Source of the DNA: an uncultured Acidimicrobiia bacterium
Lineage (GTDB): Bacteria > Actinomycetota > Acidimicrobiia > Acidimicrobiales > CAIXPF01
Length of the DNA stretch: 64,000 nt
Direction: 5' to 3'
NCBI GenBank assembly: GCA_903921205.1
Contig: CAIXPF010000205.1
Coordinates: forward strand, 26,657-90,656
Positions within the stretch are counted from its first letter, which is position 1. Each line of letters begins with the position of its first letter. Shown here one piece after another: positions 1 to 8,652 of this stretch. The position numbers and the translations under genes were made by a program. The notes under the pieces are model-generated. The model saw nothing but the letters and a program-made list of their open reading frames with translations, did no database searches and was not told the DNA's origin.

Positions 1-117
1 ACCTGGAACTTCACGACCGAATGTCCGGCCGCGACCCGGCGCCGGAACCCTCGCGTTCCGAACACCCTGGCCAGAGGGGTGGGGCCGACGCAGGCGGGGG
101 CACTACGGTGACCGGGC

Positions 118-1008
118 GTGACGAACCCCTGGGTGCTCGGTGCCCGACCTCGTACGTTGCCGGCTGCCGTCGTCCCGGTGGCGGTGGGTGCGGCATGCGC
201 CGTCGGCGCCGGTGCTGCGATCACCGTGTGGCGGGGTGCGCTGGCGTTGGTGGTCAGCCTGGCGCTGCAGATCGGCACCAACTACGCCAACGACTACTCC
301 GACGGGGTGCGGGGAACCGACGCCGAACGGGTCGGTCCGGTGCGACTGGTGGCTTCGGGACTCGTCCCGGCCGCTGCGGTCAAACGAGCGGCGTTGCTCG
401 CCTTCGGCGTCGCAGCCGTGGCGGGTCTGGCGCTGGCGGCGACCACGACGTGGTGGCTGATCGCCGTGGGTGCGGCGAGTATCGCTGCGGCGTGGTTCTA
501 CACCGGTGGCCCCAAGCCGTACGGCTACCTCGGGCTGGGCGAGGTGTTCGTGTTCGTGTTCTTCGGCCTGGTCGCCACGGCGGGAACGACGTTCGTGATG
601 ACCGAGCAGCTCACCGGCCTGGCGATCGGCGCCGGCGTTCCGGTGGGCTTCCTGGCGATGGCGCTGCTGGTGGTCAACAACCTGCGCGACCTGCCGACCG
701 ATCGTGAGGTCGGCAAGCGGACCCTGGCGGTGCGGTTGGGTGACCGGCGGACGCGGATCTTCTACGTCGGACTGCTTGCTGCCACCTTTGCGGTGGCGTC
801 GGTGGTGTCGGGTTTCTACCTGCGTCCGGCCGGTGCGCTCTCGCTCATCGCCATCGCCTCTGCGCGCAAGCCGGCGACCGCGGTCCTGGGCGGGGCGAGC
901 GGTCGCGACCTGATTCCGGTGCTTGGTGCAACCGGGCGGGTCCAGTTGATCTTCGGGGTCATCTTCTCGATCGGGATCCTCCTGTCGGGCATCCTCCTCG
1001 ACCGCTGA
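118..1008 (+). CDS. menA: 1,4-dihydroxy-2-naphthoate polyprenyltransferase (UbiA superfamily)
   Basis: 296-aa polytopic membrane ORF. It has the UbiA Asp-rich motif NYANDYSDGVRGTD and a second motif NNLRDLPTD. menH, menD, menF and menG are nearby. The GTG start is taken from the ORF track and was not checked independently. Confidence 0.85.
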   Translation: MTNPWVLGARPRTLPAAVVPVAVGAACAVGAGAAITVWRGALALVVSLALQIGTNYANDYSDGVRGTDAERVGPVRLVASGLVPAAAVKRAALLAFGVAAVAGLALAATTTWWLIAVGAASIAAAWFYTGGPKPYGYLGLGEVFVFVFFGLVATAGTTFVMTEQLTGLAIGAGVPVGFLAMALLVVNNLRDLPTDREVGKRTLAVRLGDRRTRIFYVGLLAATFAVASVVSGFYLRPAGALSLIAIASARKPATAVLGGASGRDLIPVLGATGRVQLIFGVIFSIGILLSGILLDR

Positions 1009-1060
1009 GCGCACCACCGAGGGCGAGCGGTTCCGTCGGTGCGGCCGGTGTCCGGTTTGC

Positions 1061-2353
1061 TCAGGCCGGTGTGTGCGCGAGTGCCGGTCGGGTCGGGGTC
1101 GGAGTCTCGATCATCCGCCGGCCGACCTCGATCACGGCGGCGGCGGCGAGCGCCACCGCGGCGAAGACCAGCCACCCGGCGCGGTAACTGCCACCGGTGA
1201 CGAGGTATCCGAACACCACCGGGCCGATGGCACCGCCGGCGTAGGTGCCGGTCTGGGTGATCCCGGTCGCGGCGGCGGGTGCCTGGCGGTTGTGGGACAC
1301 GACCGCCAGGTTGAAGATGCCCGGCCACGACCAGCCTGCTCCGAAGCCGATCAGGGTGCCGGCCAGCACGGTGGCGACGCCGCCGAACGAGAGCAGCACC
1401 AGGCCGATCGACCCGATCAGCAGCATGGTGATGACGACCCGGAAATGGCTGCGGGTCATGGTGTCCGCCTTCCACCCGCCGAACAGCCGTGACGACAGCC
1501 CGATCAGGCTCCCCACCGACAGCAGCACGCCTGCCGGGCCGCGGCCGATACCGGCATGCACCGCGGTCGAGGTGAGGAACGCTCCGAGGCAGTTCACCAT
1601 CGCCGAGCCCAGCCCGGCCCCCAAGCCGAGGACGATCAAGGCCGACATCGCCGCCTCCGGTCTGCCGCGGCGTCCCGTGGTACTCGGCCCGCCGGTCGAC
1701 GAGGCGGCAACCACAGGGGGTGCACCGTCATCGACCCGGCCGGTAGCGGTGTGGTCCGGTTGGGGTTCGCCGGGCACGGGCACGGGCTCGGCCGGTCCGA
1801 GCGCAGCCGTCGTGACGCGGCCGGGCACCAGGAGCGAGGCCGCTGCGGCGAGCACCCCGGCCAGGGCGAACGCCCAACGCCAGCCGACCGTCAAGGCCAG
1901 CGTGGGCACGGCGAGGCCGGCGAGCAGGGTGGCTGCCGGGATGGCGGACTGCTTCACGCCGAAGGCCAGGCCGTTGCGGCGGGCCTTGACGCCCGCCACG
2001 ATCAGGGCGTTCGACCCGGGTTGGGCCAGGGCATTGCCGAGGCCACCGAAGGCCAGCCACAGCAGCAACGTCCGCATGTCGGTGGCGGTCGAGGCGCCGA
2101 GCAGGGCTATGGCGGACATGATCGACGACGTCCGCATCGCCGCCACCGGTCCGACCCGTTCGACGAGGCGACCAAAGGCTGCCGAGGCGAGCGCCGACAC
2201 CCCGAAGTACCCGAAGGCGATCCAACCCTGGGATGACTCGGGAAAGGCGAGATCGGTGCGGACCTGCACCGCCATGCCGCCGAGCAGGAACACGGGGAGC
2301 ACGCCGGCGGTCGAGGTGGCGATGACCGCTGCGAACACCCGGGACTGGCGCAC
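1061..2353 (-). CDS. MFS transporter
   Basis: 430-aa ORF with two blocks of about six hydrophobic helices separated by a Pro/Gly-rich loop. The composition is typical of MFS proteins. Substrate unknown. Confidence 0.8.
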   Translation of the reverse strand: MRQSRVFAAVIATSTAGVLPVFLLGGMAVQVRTDLAFPESSQGWIAFGYFGVSALASAAFGRLVERVGPVAAMRTSSIMSAIALLGASTATDMRTLLLWLAFGGLGNALAQPGSNALIVAGVKARRNGLAFGVKQSAIPAATLLAGLAVPTLALTVGWRWAFALAGVLAAAASLLVPGRVTTAALGPAEPVPVPGEPQPDHTATGRVDDGAPPVVAASSTGGPSTTGRRGRPEAAMSALIVLGLGAGLGSAMVNCLGAFLTSTAVHAGIGRGPAGVLLSVGSLIGLSSRLFGGWKADTMTRSHFRVVITMLLIGSIGLVLLSFGGVATVLAGTLIGFGAGWSWPGIFNLAVVSHNRQAPAAATGITQTGTYAGGAIGPVVFGYLVTGGSYRAGWLVFAAVALAAAAVIEVGRRMIETPTPTRPALAHTPA

Positions 2354-2410
2354 GGGCGGACCCTAGTGGCCACCGGCCCGACCGAGGTCCTGCGCCTCCG
2401 GGAAACGGCG

Positions 2411-3934
2411 TCACAGGACCCGGACCAGCCCGAGCGATCCGACGGGTTTCTCCCAGGCCTGGACCGTGTGTTGGGTGCTGATGCCCTGGACGACACCGCC
2501 CGAAGCGGACAGGACGGGCAGGCTGATCGAACAGTCGGCACGCCACAGTTGGAGGTCGGGGGAGGTCTGTTCGATCACGGTGACCTCGGCGAGGTCCAAC
2601 AACCGTTCGTCGAGGGTCAAGGCCTGCAGCGCAGCACGCAACTGCGCCGTGGGCTCCTGCAGATCGACGCCGAGCCGGCCGGCCACGGCTTGGCGGACCA
2701 CGGGGTTTCCGAGGTCGAGCACCACCGTGGTCTGGTACGCGTGCAGGTCCTCGCTGCTCGCCGCGGCCGCCGCAGGCGCACGCAGCGCCTCGAGCAGGTC
2801 GAGGCGGAGACCCGGCACGTTCCAGGTGGTTGTTTGCAGCACGAGCTTGGTGACTGCGCCTGCGGCGATGGTGAATGCCACCACCAGACCACCCCCGACC
2901 CAGCCCTGTTGCCACGGCACCGGCAGTGGGACCGATCCGGCGGAGGCGGTCGCCGAGCCGCCGGCGTGCACGGTGACGGTCACCGTGCCGTCGTCGTTGT
3001 GCCGGAGCGAGACGCCGTCGGTAGCCTCGGCGCCCACCGAGCCGAGAGCAGAGCGGACCTCGGCGCCGAGGGAGGCGGTGGTTGCGACCTGCTCGAAGGT
3101 CTCGTCCGGCTCCAGCGCGGCTCGCCCGGCCCCCGGCCACAGGCCGCCGAGCCGCCGGGCGATGTCCCACAGCGGCCCGGCGCCCGGGAGCAGCCGGGTC
3201 ACCACGCCGGTCCGCAGCTCGCGTCGGTGCTCCCGCCACCAGACGTCTGCGGCCTCGATGTCATCGAACAGCCAGGTCATGCCGGTGGTGCCGTTGAGCG
3301 CCAGACCGGCGGACAGCGAGAGCCCCTCGTCGAAGACGGTGTGCCCATCGACCATCAGGGTGCAGGCTGCTCCGAGACCCTCGCCGTGGTCGATGCTGGT
3401 GTCGGTCAACTCGGTGATCCGTACCCGTCCGTCGGAGAGTTCCTCACGGACGAAGGTCACCGCAGCGTCGGCCTTGAAGCGGAGGCTGTAGGTCTCGCTG
3501 CGTGTCGAGACGACGTAAGGAGCCGGGCCCGGCTGCAGTCCGCGGCCGTGGAAGGACAGGGTGAGCCACTGTCGCATGCGTTGTGCCGCGGCGGATCCGA
3601 TGGCGTTCGCCGCGAGAAACCGGACGGCCGGGGCCCCGGGGCGGAGGGAGGCCGCCAGCCAGGGCGGTTCGCCGTTGCCCGCGGCACCGCCGGCACGGGC
3701 GAGCTCCTGGCGGGCCCGTACCACTGCGTCGGCGGCTTCGCCTGCTCGCCGCCGGGCCGAGATCAGATCGTCGCGGAGTGCCGGCCGAGCGCCGAGATAG
3801 GCCGCTGACGTGGCCCATGCGGCGTCGACGGCGGTTCCGAGCGGGCCGGGGAGATGACGCAGCTCGTCGGTGAGTCGCACCAGCTCGTCGGTGAGCTCGT
3901 CGAGGTCGAGCAGCATGCCCTCTACGTGGGTCAC
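2411..3934 (-). CDS. Hypothetical protein (about 507 aa): N-terminal helical hairpin followed by a beta-rich region
   Basis: This is the 3' part of track ORF 2411..4606. I rejected the first 224 codons, which are Arg/Pro-rich and overlap the upstream gene. A GTG at 3934 overlaps the upstream stop codon (GTGA), and an alternative ATG lies at 3916. No motif I can assign to a known family. Confidence 0.6.
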   Translation of the reverse strand: MTHVEGMLLDLDELTDELVRLTDELRHLPGPLGTAVDAAWATSAAYLGARPALRDDLISARRRAGEAADAVVRARQELARAGGAAGNGEPPWLAASLRPGAPAVRFLAANAIGSAAAQRMRQWLTLSFHGRGLQPGPAPYVVSTRSETYSLRFKADAAVTFVREELSDGRVRITELTDTSIDHGEGLGAACTLMVDGHTVFDEGLSLSAGLALNGTTGMTWLFDDIEAADVWWREHRRELRTGVVTRLLPGAGPLWDIARRLGGLWPGAGRAALEPDETFEQVATTASLGAEVRSALGSVGAEATDGVSLRHNDDGTVTVTVHAGGSATASAGSVPLPVPWQQGWVGGGLVVAFTIAAGAVTKLVLQTTTWNVPGLRLDLLEALRAPAAAAASSEDLHAYQTTVVLDLGNPVVRQAVAGRLGVDLQEPTAQLRAALQALTLDERLLDLAEVTVIEQTSPDLQLWRADCSISLPVLSASGGVVQGISTQHTVQAWEKPVGSLGLVRVL

Positions 3935-4296
3935 CAGCCCTCCCCGTTGCCGGCACCGCCGGCGTGACCGACCGGAGGCCCGGCGGGTTGCGCCGAGCGC
4001 AGCTGCACGAGTGCGACCTGGTCGCGGTAGGCGACGGCCGAGGCGGCGAGCGCCACCTCGGCCAGCCGTCGACAACACTCGGCGAGCTCGAGCTCCTCGG
4101 CGGTACGGCGAAGGGCCTGTTCCTGCAGTTGTTGGACGAAGGGGCCGCGACAGCGCGCGAGCTTGGCGGTAACGGCCCGGCGACGGTCTGCGGCGACCTG
4201 CTCCAACGCCGATGCCGTACGCCGGGAAACCGTCACGAGCCAGTCGAGCGCCGCGAAATCGACCTCGACATCCTGGAAGGGTCCGATGTTCGGCAT
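3931..4296 (-). CDS. Hypothetical small helical protein (121 aa)
   Basis: This is the 3' part of track ORF 3931..4434. The ATG at 4296 (MPNIGPFQDVEVDF...) sits 6 nt downstream of a TATTTT box. Its stop codon overlaps the start of the next gene by 4 nt. No family recognised. Confidence 0.55.
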   Translation of the reverse strand: MPNIGPFQDVEVDFAALDWLVTVSRRTASALEQVAADRRRAVTAKLARCRGPFVQQLQEQALRRTAEELELAECCRRLAEVALAASAVAYRDQVALVQLRSAQPAGPPVGHAGGAGNGEGW

Positions 4297-4302
4297 GGCA
4301 CG

Positions 4303-4331
4303 AAAATACCTGACAGGCATCGATGTGTCGT
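4303..4331 (-). promoter_or_regulatory. Candidate leaderless-type promoter for the two-gene hypothetical module
   Basis: On the minus strand, ACGACA is followed by 17 nt, then TATTTT, then 6 nt, then ATG. The -10 box has the TANNNT form. This is the only locally AT-rich stretch between menH and the module. No Shine-Dalgarno sequence is visible. Confidence 0.3.
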
Positions 4332-4397
4332 ATGAATTCCGGAAACCCTGCCGGGTGCCTGCCCGGAGGCGGGCTGGATCGCGGGTTCGTCCCGGGT

Positions 4398-5207
4398 TCA
4401 GCTGTGCCCGGGCACCCCGTCCCGGGTCTGCCACCAGTCCTCGAGCAGGGCCAGGAACCGACCGGGCTGCTCGAGATGGGCGGTGTGCCCGGCGCCCTGC
4501 ACCAGGGCCAGCGCAGGTCCGGCCCGGCCGTCGACGCGGCCCGTGGCGTGGTGCAGGGAGGCGGCCATCGCCTCGGCCTCGGTGGCGAATTTGGTGTCGC
4601 TCGCACCGGCGAGGAGCAACACCGGCATGGTCAGCAGGGACAGCCGATCCCAGAGCGGTTCCATCCGCCCGGTGCCGCAGCAGCGCAAGCTGGCGGCGAC
4701 CCCTTCCGGACGGTTGCGCAGCCGGGCCGGCCGAGCGGCGCCAGCCTCGTCGAGGCCGGCGAAGAGGGGCAGGGACAGCCAGTGCTCGAGAAAGGCGTCG
4801 AGGCCCTCTCGCTCGAGACGGTCGGCGAGCGCGGCGTCGGCACGGTTACGCGTCTCGCGGGCATCGGGGCTGGTCAGACCCGGTGTGGCGCCGACGAGAA
4901 CGAGTTCCTCCACCAGGTCGGGCCGGTCGCAGGCCAGCTGCAGACAGAGACGGCCTCCCATCGAGTACCCGAGGTAACGCGCCTGCCCGCCCACTTCGCC
5001 GATGAGGCGTGCGGCCTCAGCAGGGCCCGCGTCGTCGTGGCGGGCGGGGCTGGAACCGTGCCCGGGCGCATCGACGGCGAGGACCCGGAAGCGTCGGTTG
5101 AGCTGCTGGGGCAGGTCACCCCAGCAGCGGGTGTTCTGGGTGAAGCCGTGGACCAGGACGATGGTGGGCGCCCCCGGTCGGGGGTACTCCTCGACGGCGA
5201 GGGTCAT
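4398..5207 (-). CDS. menH: Alpha/beta hydrolase, probable SHCHC synthase
   Basis: 269 aa with the LVHGFTQN oxyanion region and the nucleophile elbow GYSMGG. It lies next to menD in a men cluster. The MenH assignment rests on context plus fold. Confidence 0.7.
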   Translation of the reverse strand: MTLAVEEYPRPGAPTIVLVHGFTQNTRCWGDLPQQLNRRFRVLAVDAPGHGSSPARHDDAGPAEAARLIGEVGGQARYLGYSMGGRLCLQLACDRPDLVEELVLVGATPGLTSPDARETRNRADAALADRLEREGLDAFLEHWLSLPLFAGLDEAGAARPARLRNRPEGVAASLRCCGTGRMEPLWDRLSLLTMPVLLLAGASDTKFATEAEAMAASLHHATGRVDGRAGPALALVQGAGHTAHLEQPGRFLALLEDWWQTRDGVPGHS

Positions 5208-5230
5208 GGCCCCAGTCCAGCAGATCCGCG

Positions 5231-6391
5231 TCAGCGGTCGGGATGTGGGTCGAAGCCGAACAGCCGGTAGATCGGGTTGGCCGATCCCGGCTGGTCCGGC
5301 CCTGGTCGTTGCCCCGGACCGGCGGCGGACGGTGCCGGCGTCGGACCGCCGGGCTGCGAGCCGCCGGGCTGCGAGCCGCCGGTCGGGTCAGTGGTCGGGT
5401 CAGTGGTCGGGTCGACGCTCGGATCAACGGTCGGATCGTCGGTCGGGGCGGTCAGGTCGATGACCTGGTCCGGCTCGGGATCGGGTCGGTCTGCGGCCTC
5501 GAGCAGGTGGCCCCGGTCGCTCCTGCGCACGACAACGGCACCGCACGCCTGCAGTTCGTCGAGCAGATCACCGACCGAGCGATAGCCGGATTCCTCGAGG
5601 CTGAACCCGGGGAAGGCGTTGCGGAGCTGTTCGCCGACCTCCTGCAGCCTGAGCGCCGAGGGCCGTCGGGCGTCGAGGACCTCGACGACGAAGTCGACCA
5701 CGCCGGCACGGTCGGGCGCGACGACAGGGTCGGGCGGGACGGGGTGCTCGGTGTCCGGGCGTGAGGCCGTGGACCGGGGACCGCTGGTTCCTTCGAGCGG
5801 ACGCAGCGCCTCGAACCAGCGTCCGCCGGAGGGCAGGTCGAACAGGTTGGTGCGTGGCAAGGGCCCGGTGAACACCCCCGGCACCTCCTCGAGGTCGACC
5901 AGGTCGACGCCGGGAACGCCGCGATCGAAGCGCATGCGTTCCCGGTACCCCAGCACGGTGACCTTCACGCCGGCCAGGGCGTAACGGCCGAGTGCATCCC
6001 CGAAGGGTGCGCCGTCGTGCGAGGCGATGACCACCTCGGCGAGGTTGCCGTGGCGGAAGTGATGCTCGACGTGGCGGGCCAGGGCATCGGTGACGGTGTC
6101 GTTGCGCTGGTGCCGAGGTCGCACGAACACGGACCAACCCCATTGGCGCAGGTTGGACACCCACGCGGCGAGGCGAGCCTCGTTCCCGGGTGCCACCGTG
6201 GCGAACACGCAGGCTTCGACCCGGTCGTCGGGGTCGGCACCCTCGGCGAACCAGATGGCCAGCCGGTCCATTCGGGGCCGGTGGACGGGGGAGGCCTTGC
6301 GGCCGAGGATCTCCGACAGGTTCTGGTCCATGTCGGGCGCGTCCCAGACCAACAGCCGTCGCGTCTCACCCTTCGAGACCGAATCCGCCAT
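5231..6391 (-). CDS. NYN (LabA-like) domain protein with an OST-HTH/LOTUS-like domain and a repetitive C-terminal tail
   Basis: Taken from track ORF 5231..6676, starting at the ATG at 6391 (MADSVSKGETRRLLVWDAPD...). The N-terminal half has a LabA/NYN-like pattern. The central part (VVDFVVEVLD...LQEVGEQL...GYRSVGDLLDELQ) resembles OST-HTH. The C-terminus is a Pro/Thr/Asp/Gly repeat. Confidence 0.6.
   Translation of the reverse strand: MADSVSKGETRRLLVWDAPDMDQNLSEILGRKASPVHRPRMDRLAIWFAEGADPDDRVEACVFATVAPGNEARLAAWVSNLRQWGWSVFVRPRHQRNDTVTDALARHVEHHFRHGNLAEVVIASHDGAPFGDALGRYALAGVKVTVLGYRERMRFDRGVPGVDLVDLEEVPGVFTGPLPRTNLFDLPSGGRWFEALRPLEGTSGPRSTASRPDTEHPVPPDPVVAPDRAGVVDFVVEVLDARRPSALRLQEVGEQLRNAFPGFSLEESGYRSVGDLLDELQACGAVVVRRSDRGHLLEAADRPDPEPDQVIDLTAPTDDPTVDPSVDPTTDPTTDPTGGSQPGGSQPGGPTPAPSAAGPGQRPGPDQPGSANPIYRLFGFDPHPDR
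5345..5450. repeat. Short tandem repeats inside a coding region (15-mer x2, 12-mer x2 plus partials)
   Basis: The plus strand reads ccgccgggctgcgag twice, then ggtcgggtcagt twice, then related units. On the minus strand this encodes ...DPTTDPTTDPTGGSQPGGSQPGG.... Confidence 0.6.
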
Positions 6392-6724
6392 GCCCACCGC
6401 AACCGCCGCCCGCCGTTGTCGCAGCGCCCCTCCGCCGGAGGAACGCGGGATCGCAATGATCCTAACGGGCGGCGAGCATGGTGACCCGGCCGGGCCGGCA
6501 GTTGTCGGCGTCGAGGGGTCGGGGTCCCCGGCTGCACGGCCCGAGCGCTGCACAGCGGTTCCCGAACACGCCGGCGCCGCAAGCGCCCGGCCTCCGCCGG
6601 CCTCCGCCGGTGCCGGCTGTGATGTTGCCGGCTGTGCCGATGGGTGGCGTGACGATGCGGCATGGTGGTTGCTCACCGGGGATCATCGCGGGGTGCGCCG
6701 CCGGCGCAGTCGGGAAGGAGCCAG

Positions 6725-8635
6725 ATGGGCAACGTGGCGACGGCATTCTGCGCGACCCTGGTCGACGAGTGGGTCCGGGGCGGGCTCGTCGAGGCGTTCA
6801 TCGCACCCGGCTCGCGATCGACGCCATTGGCGTTGGCCCTCGCGGGCCATCCCGGGGTCCGCGACGAGATCGTCCTCGACGAGCGGGTTGCCGGGTTCAT
6901 GGCGCTGGGGTCGGCGTTGGCGTCGGGGCGGCCGGCGGTCGTGCTCACGACATCGGGCACCGCGGTCACCCATCTGCACGCGGCCGTGGTCGAGGCGCAT
7001 CTTTCCGAGGTGCCGCTGCTGGTGTGCACCGCCGACCGGCCTCCCGAGTTGTACGGCGTCGGTGCGGCGCAGACCATCGAACAGCAGCGGATCTTCGGCA
7101 CCGCGGTGCGCGCCTACCTCGATCTCGGCGTGCCCGACGAGCACAATCGCAACGCCTGGCGGTCCCTGGCCGCCCGATCGTTGGCCGAGACGACCGGTTC
7201 GCCGGCGGGCCCCGTGCAACTGAACCTCAGCTTCCGCGAACCGCTGGTGGGCGACGGCGGCCCGATCCCGCCCGGCCGCTCCGACGGACGACCCTGGCAT
7301 CGGCGGGTCGTGCCGGCGGCCACCCCGTCCGATGCGTTGCTCGCCGAGTTGGCCGGATCCTGGATCGGTCGACGAGGGGTGTTCCTGGCGGGAGCGGGGG
7401 TCGACGATCCTCAGGCGGTGCTGGATCTGGCCGAGGAGCTGGGCTGGCCGGTGTTGGCCGAACCCCGCAGCAACACCCGCATCGCCGCGCCCGTGGTCGT
7501 CGCCCATGCCGATGCCATCATCCGGGTGCCGGCCTGGTCCGAACGGCTACGGCCCGAGGTGGTGGTGCAGCTGGGCCAGATGCCCGCATCGAAGGTCCTC
7601 GCCGGCTGGACGAAGGCAGCGGTTTCGGTGCCCGACGTGCCCGACGTGCCCGGCCCGACCGGGCCGACCGGGTCCAATGGCGCGATGCCGGCCGAGCGGG
7701 TGGTCGTGAACGAGGCGGGTTCGTGGTGGGACCCCGACCGCCAGGCTGGGCTGGTCGTGGCCTGTACGCCGGGCCGTCTCGCCGCTGCGCTGTGCGAACG
7801 GCTGCGGGCCGAGCGTGCGCACCACGACGGGTCGTCCTGCGGTGCCGGGTCGGCCGCCGGATCCGACGCGTCGCTGCAGCGATTCGACGTCGATTCGCGG
7901 CCCGCGGGATGGCTTGCTGCCTGGCGCGCCGCCGATGGTGCAGCGGCGAGCGCCCTCGAAGAGGAACTGGCCCGTGGCGCGGACGAGGCCCTGCCGAGCG
8001 AGCCGGCGGTTGCCCGGGCCGCTGCTGCGGCCGCTCACCGCCATGGTGCCGGGGCCCTGGTCGTGTCCTCGTCGATGCCCGTTCGTGACCTCGAGTGGTA
8101 CCTGCCCCGGGCCCCACTCGGCGACAATCCCCCACCCGTGTTGTCCAATCGCGGCGCGAACGGAATCGACGGGGTCGTGTCCACGGCGATCGGTGCGGCC
8201 GTCGCCCTGGCTCCGGCACCGGTCTGGGTGCTGATCGGCGACCTTGCCTTCTTGCACGACAGCAACGCCCTGCTGAACCTGGCCGAGCGCAACATCACGG
8301 TGCGGCTGGTGATCGTGGACAACCGCGGCGGCGGCATCTTCTCGTTCCTGCCGCAGGCCTCCGTCGTGGAGACGGCCACTTTCGAGCGCTTGTTCGGGAC
8401 CCACCAGCAGCTCGATCCGGCGGCGCTGCTGCGGGCGCACGACATCGAGACGGTCGAGCTCGATCGCACCGACCGGCTCGAGCGGGGCCTCGAGGAACTG
8501 GTGCGTTCCACCGCTGCGGTCGCAGCGCTGGTGGTCCGCACCGGCGACCGGGCGTCGAACGTGGCGGCCCATGACCGCCTCCATGCCGCCGTGTCCGCTG
8601 CCCTGGCGACGGTGCCGCCTGCCGACGGGGTCTGA
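6725..8635 (+). CDS. menD: SEPHCHC synthase (thiamine-diphosphate dependent)
   Basis: The ATG at 6725 is preceded by GGAAGGAG. The N-terminus reads GSRSTPLALAL, and the ThDP-binding motif is GDLAFLHDSNAL...VIVDNRGGGIF. The ORF appears longer than I expect for MenD, with low-complexity inserts at about 7620-7900. Confidence 0.9.
   Translation: MGNVATAFCATLVDEWVRGGLVEAFIAPGSRSTPLALALAGHPGVRDEIVLDERVAGFMALGSALASGRPAVVLTTSGTAVTHLHAAVVEAHLSEVPLLVCTADRPPELYGVGAAQTIEQQRIFGTAVRAYLDLGVPDEHNRNAWRSLAARSLAETTGSPAGPVQLNLSFREPLVGDGGPIPPGRSDGRPWHRRVVPAATPSDALLAELAGSWIGRRGVFLAGAGVDDPQAVLDLAEELGWPVLAEPRSNTRIAAPVVVAHADAIIRVPAWSERLRPEVVVQLGQMPASKVLAGWTKAAVSVPDVPDVPGPTGPTGSNGAMPAERVVVNEAGSWWDPDRQAGLVVACTPGRLAAALCERLRAERAHHDGSSCGAGSAAGSDASLQRFDVDSRPAGWLAAWRAADGAAASALEEELARGADEALPSEPAVARAAAAAAHRHGAGALVVSSSMPVRDLEWYLPRAPLGDNPPPVLSNRGANGIDGVVSTAIGAAVALAPAPVWVLIGDLAFLHDSNALLNLAERNITVRLVIVDNRGGGIFSFLPQASVVETATFERLFGTHQQLDPAALLRAHDIETVELDRTDRLERGLEELVRSTAAVAALVVRTGDRASNVAAHDRLHAAVSAALATVPPADGV
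7880..7897. repeat. Core repeat copy 1 (CGATTCGACGTCGATTCG), in frame inside menD
   Basis: This is the exact reverse complement of the cores at 28470 and 59506. It is translated as (Q)RFDVDSR. After the core, the reverse complement continues CTGCAG, similar to the CTGCGAG that follows copy 4. Confidence 0.85.
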
Positions 8636-8652
8636 TCGACTCGGGCGCCGGC

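Noticed and set aside
2411-4606. The full 731-aa reading of ORF 2411..4606
   Set aside because: The first 224 codons are Arg/Pro-rich, overlap the better-supported 121-aa gene in another frame, and run into menH. I preferred the GTG at 3934, which overlaps the upstream stop codon.
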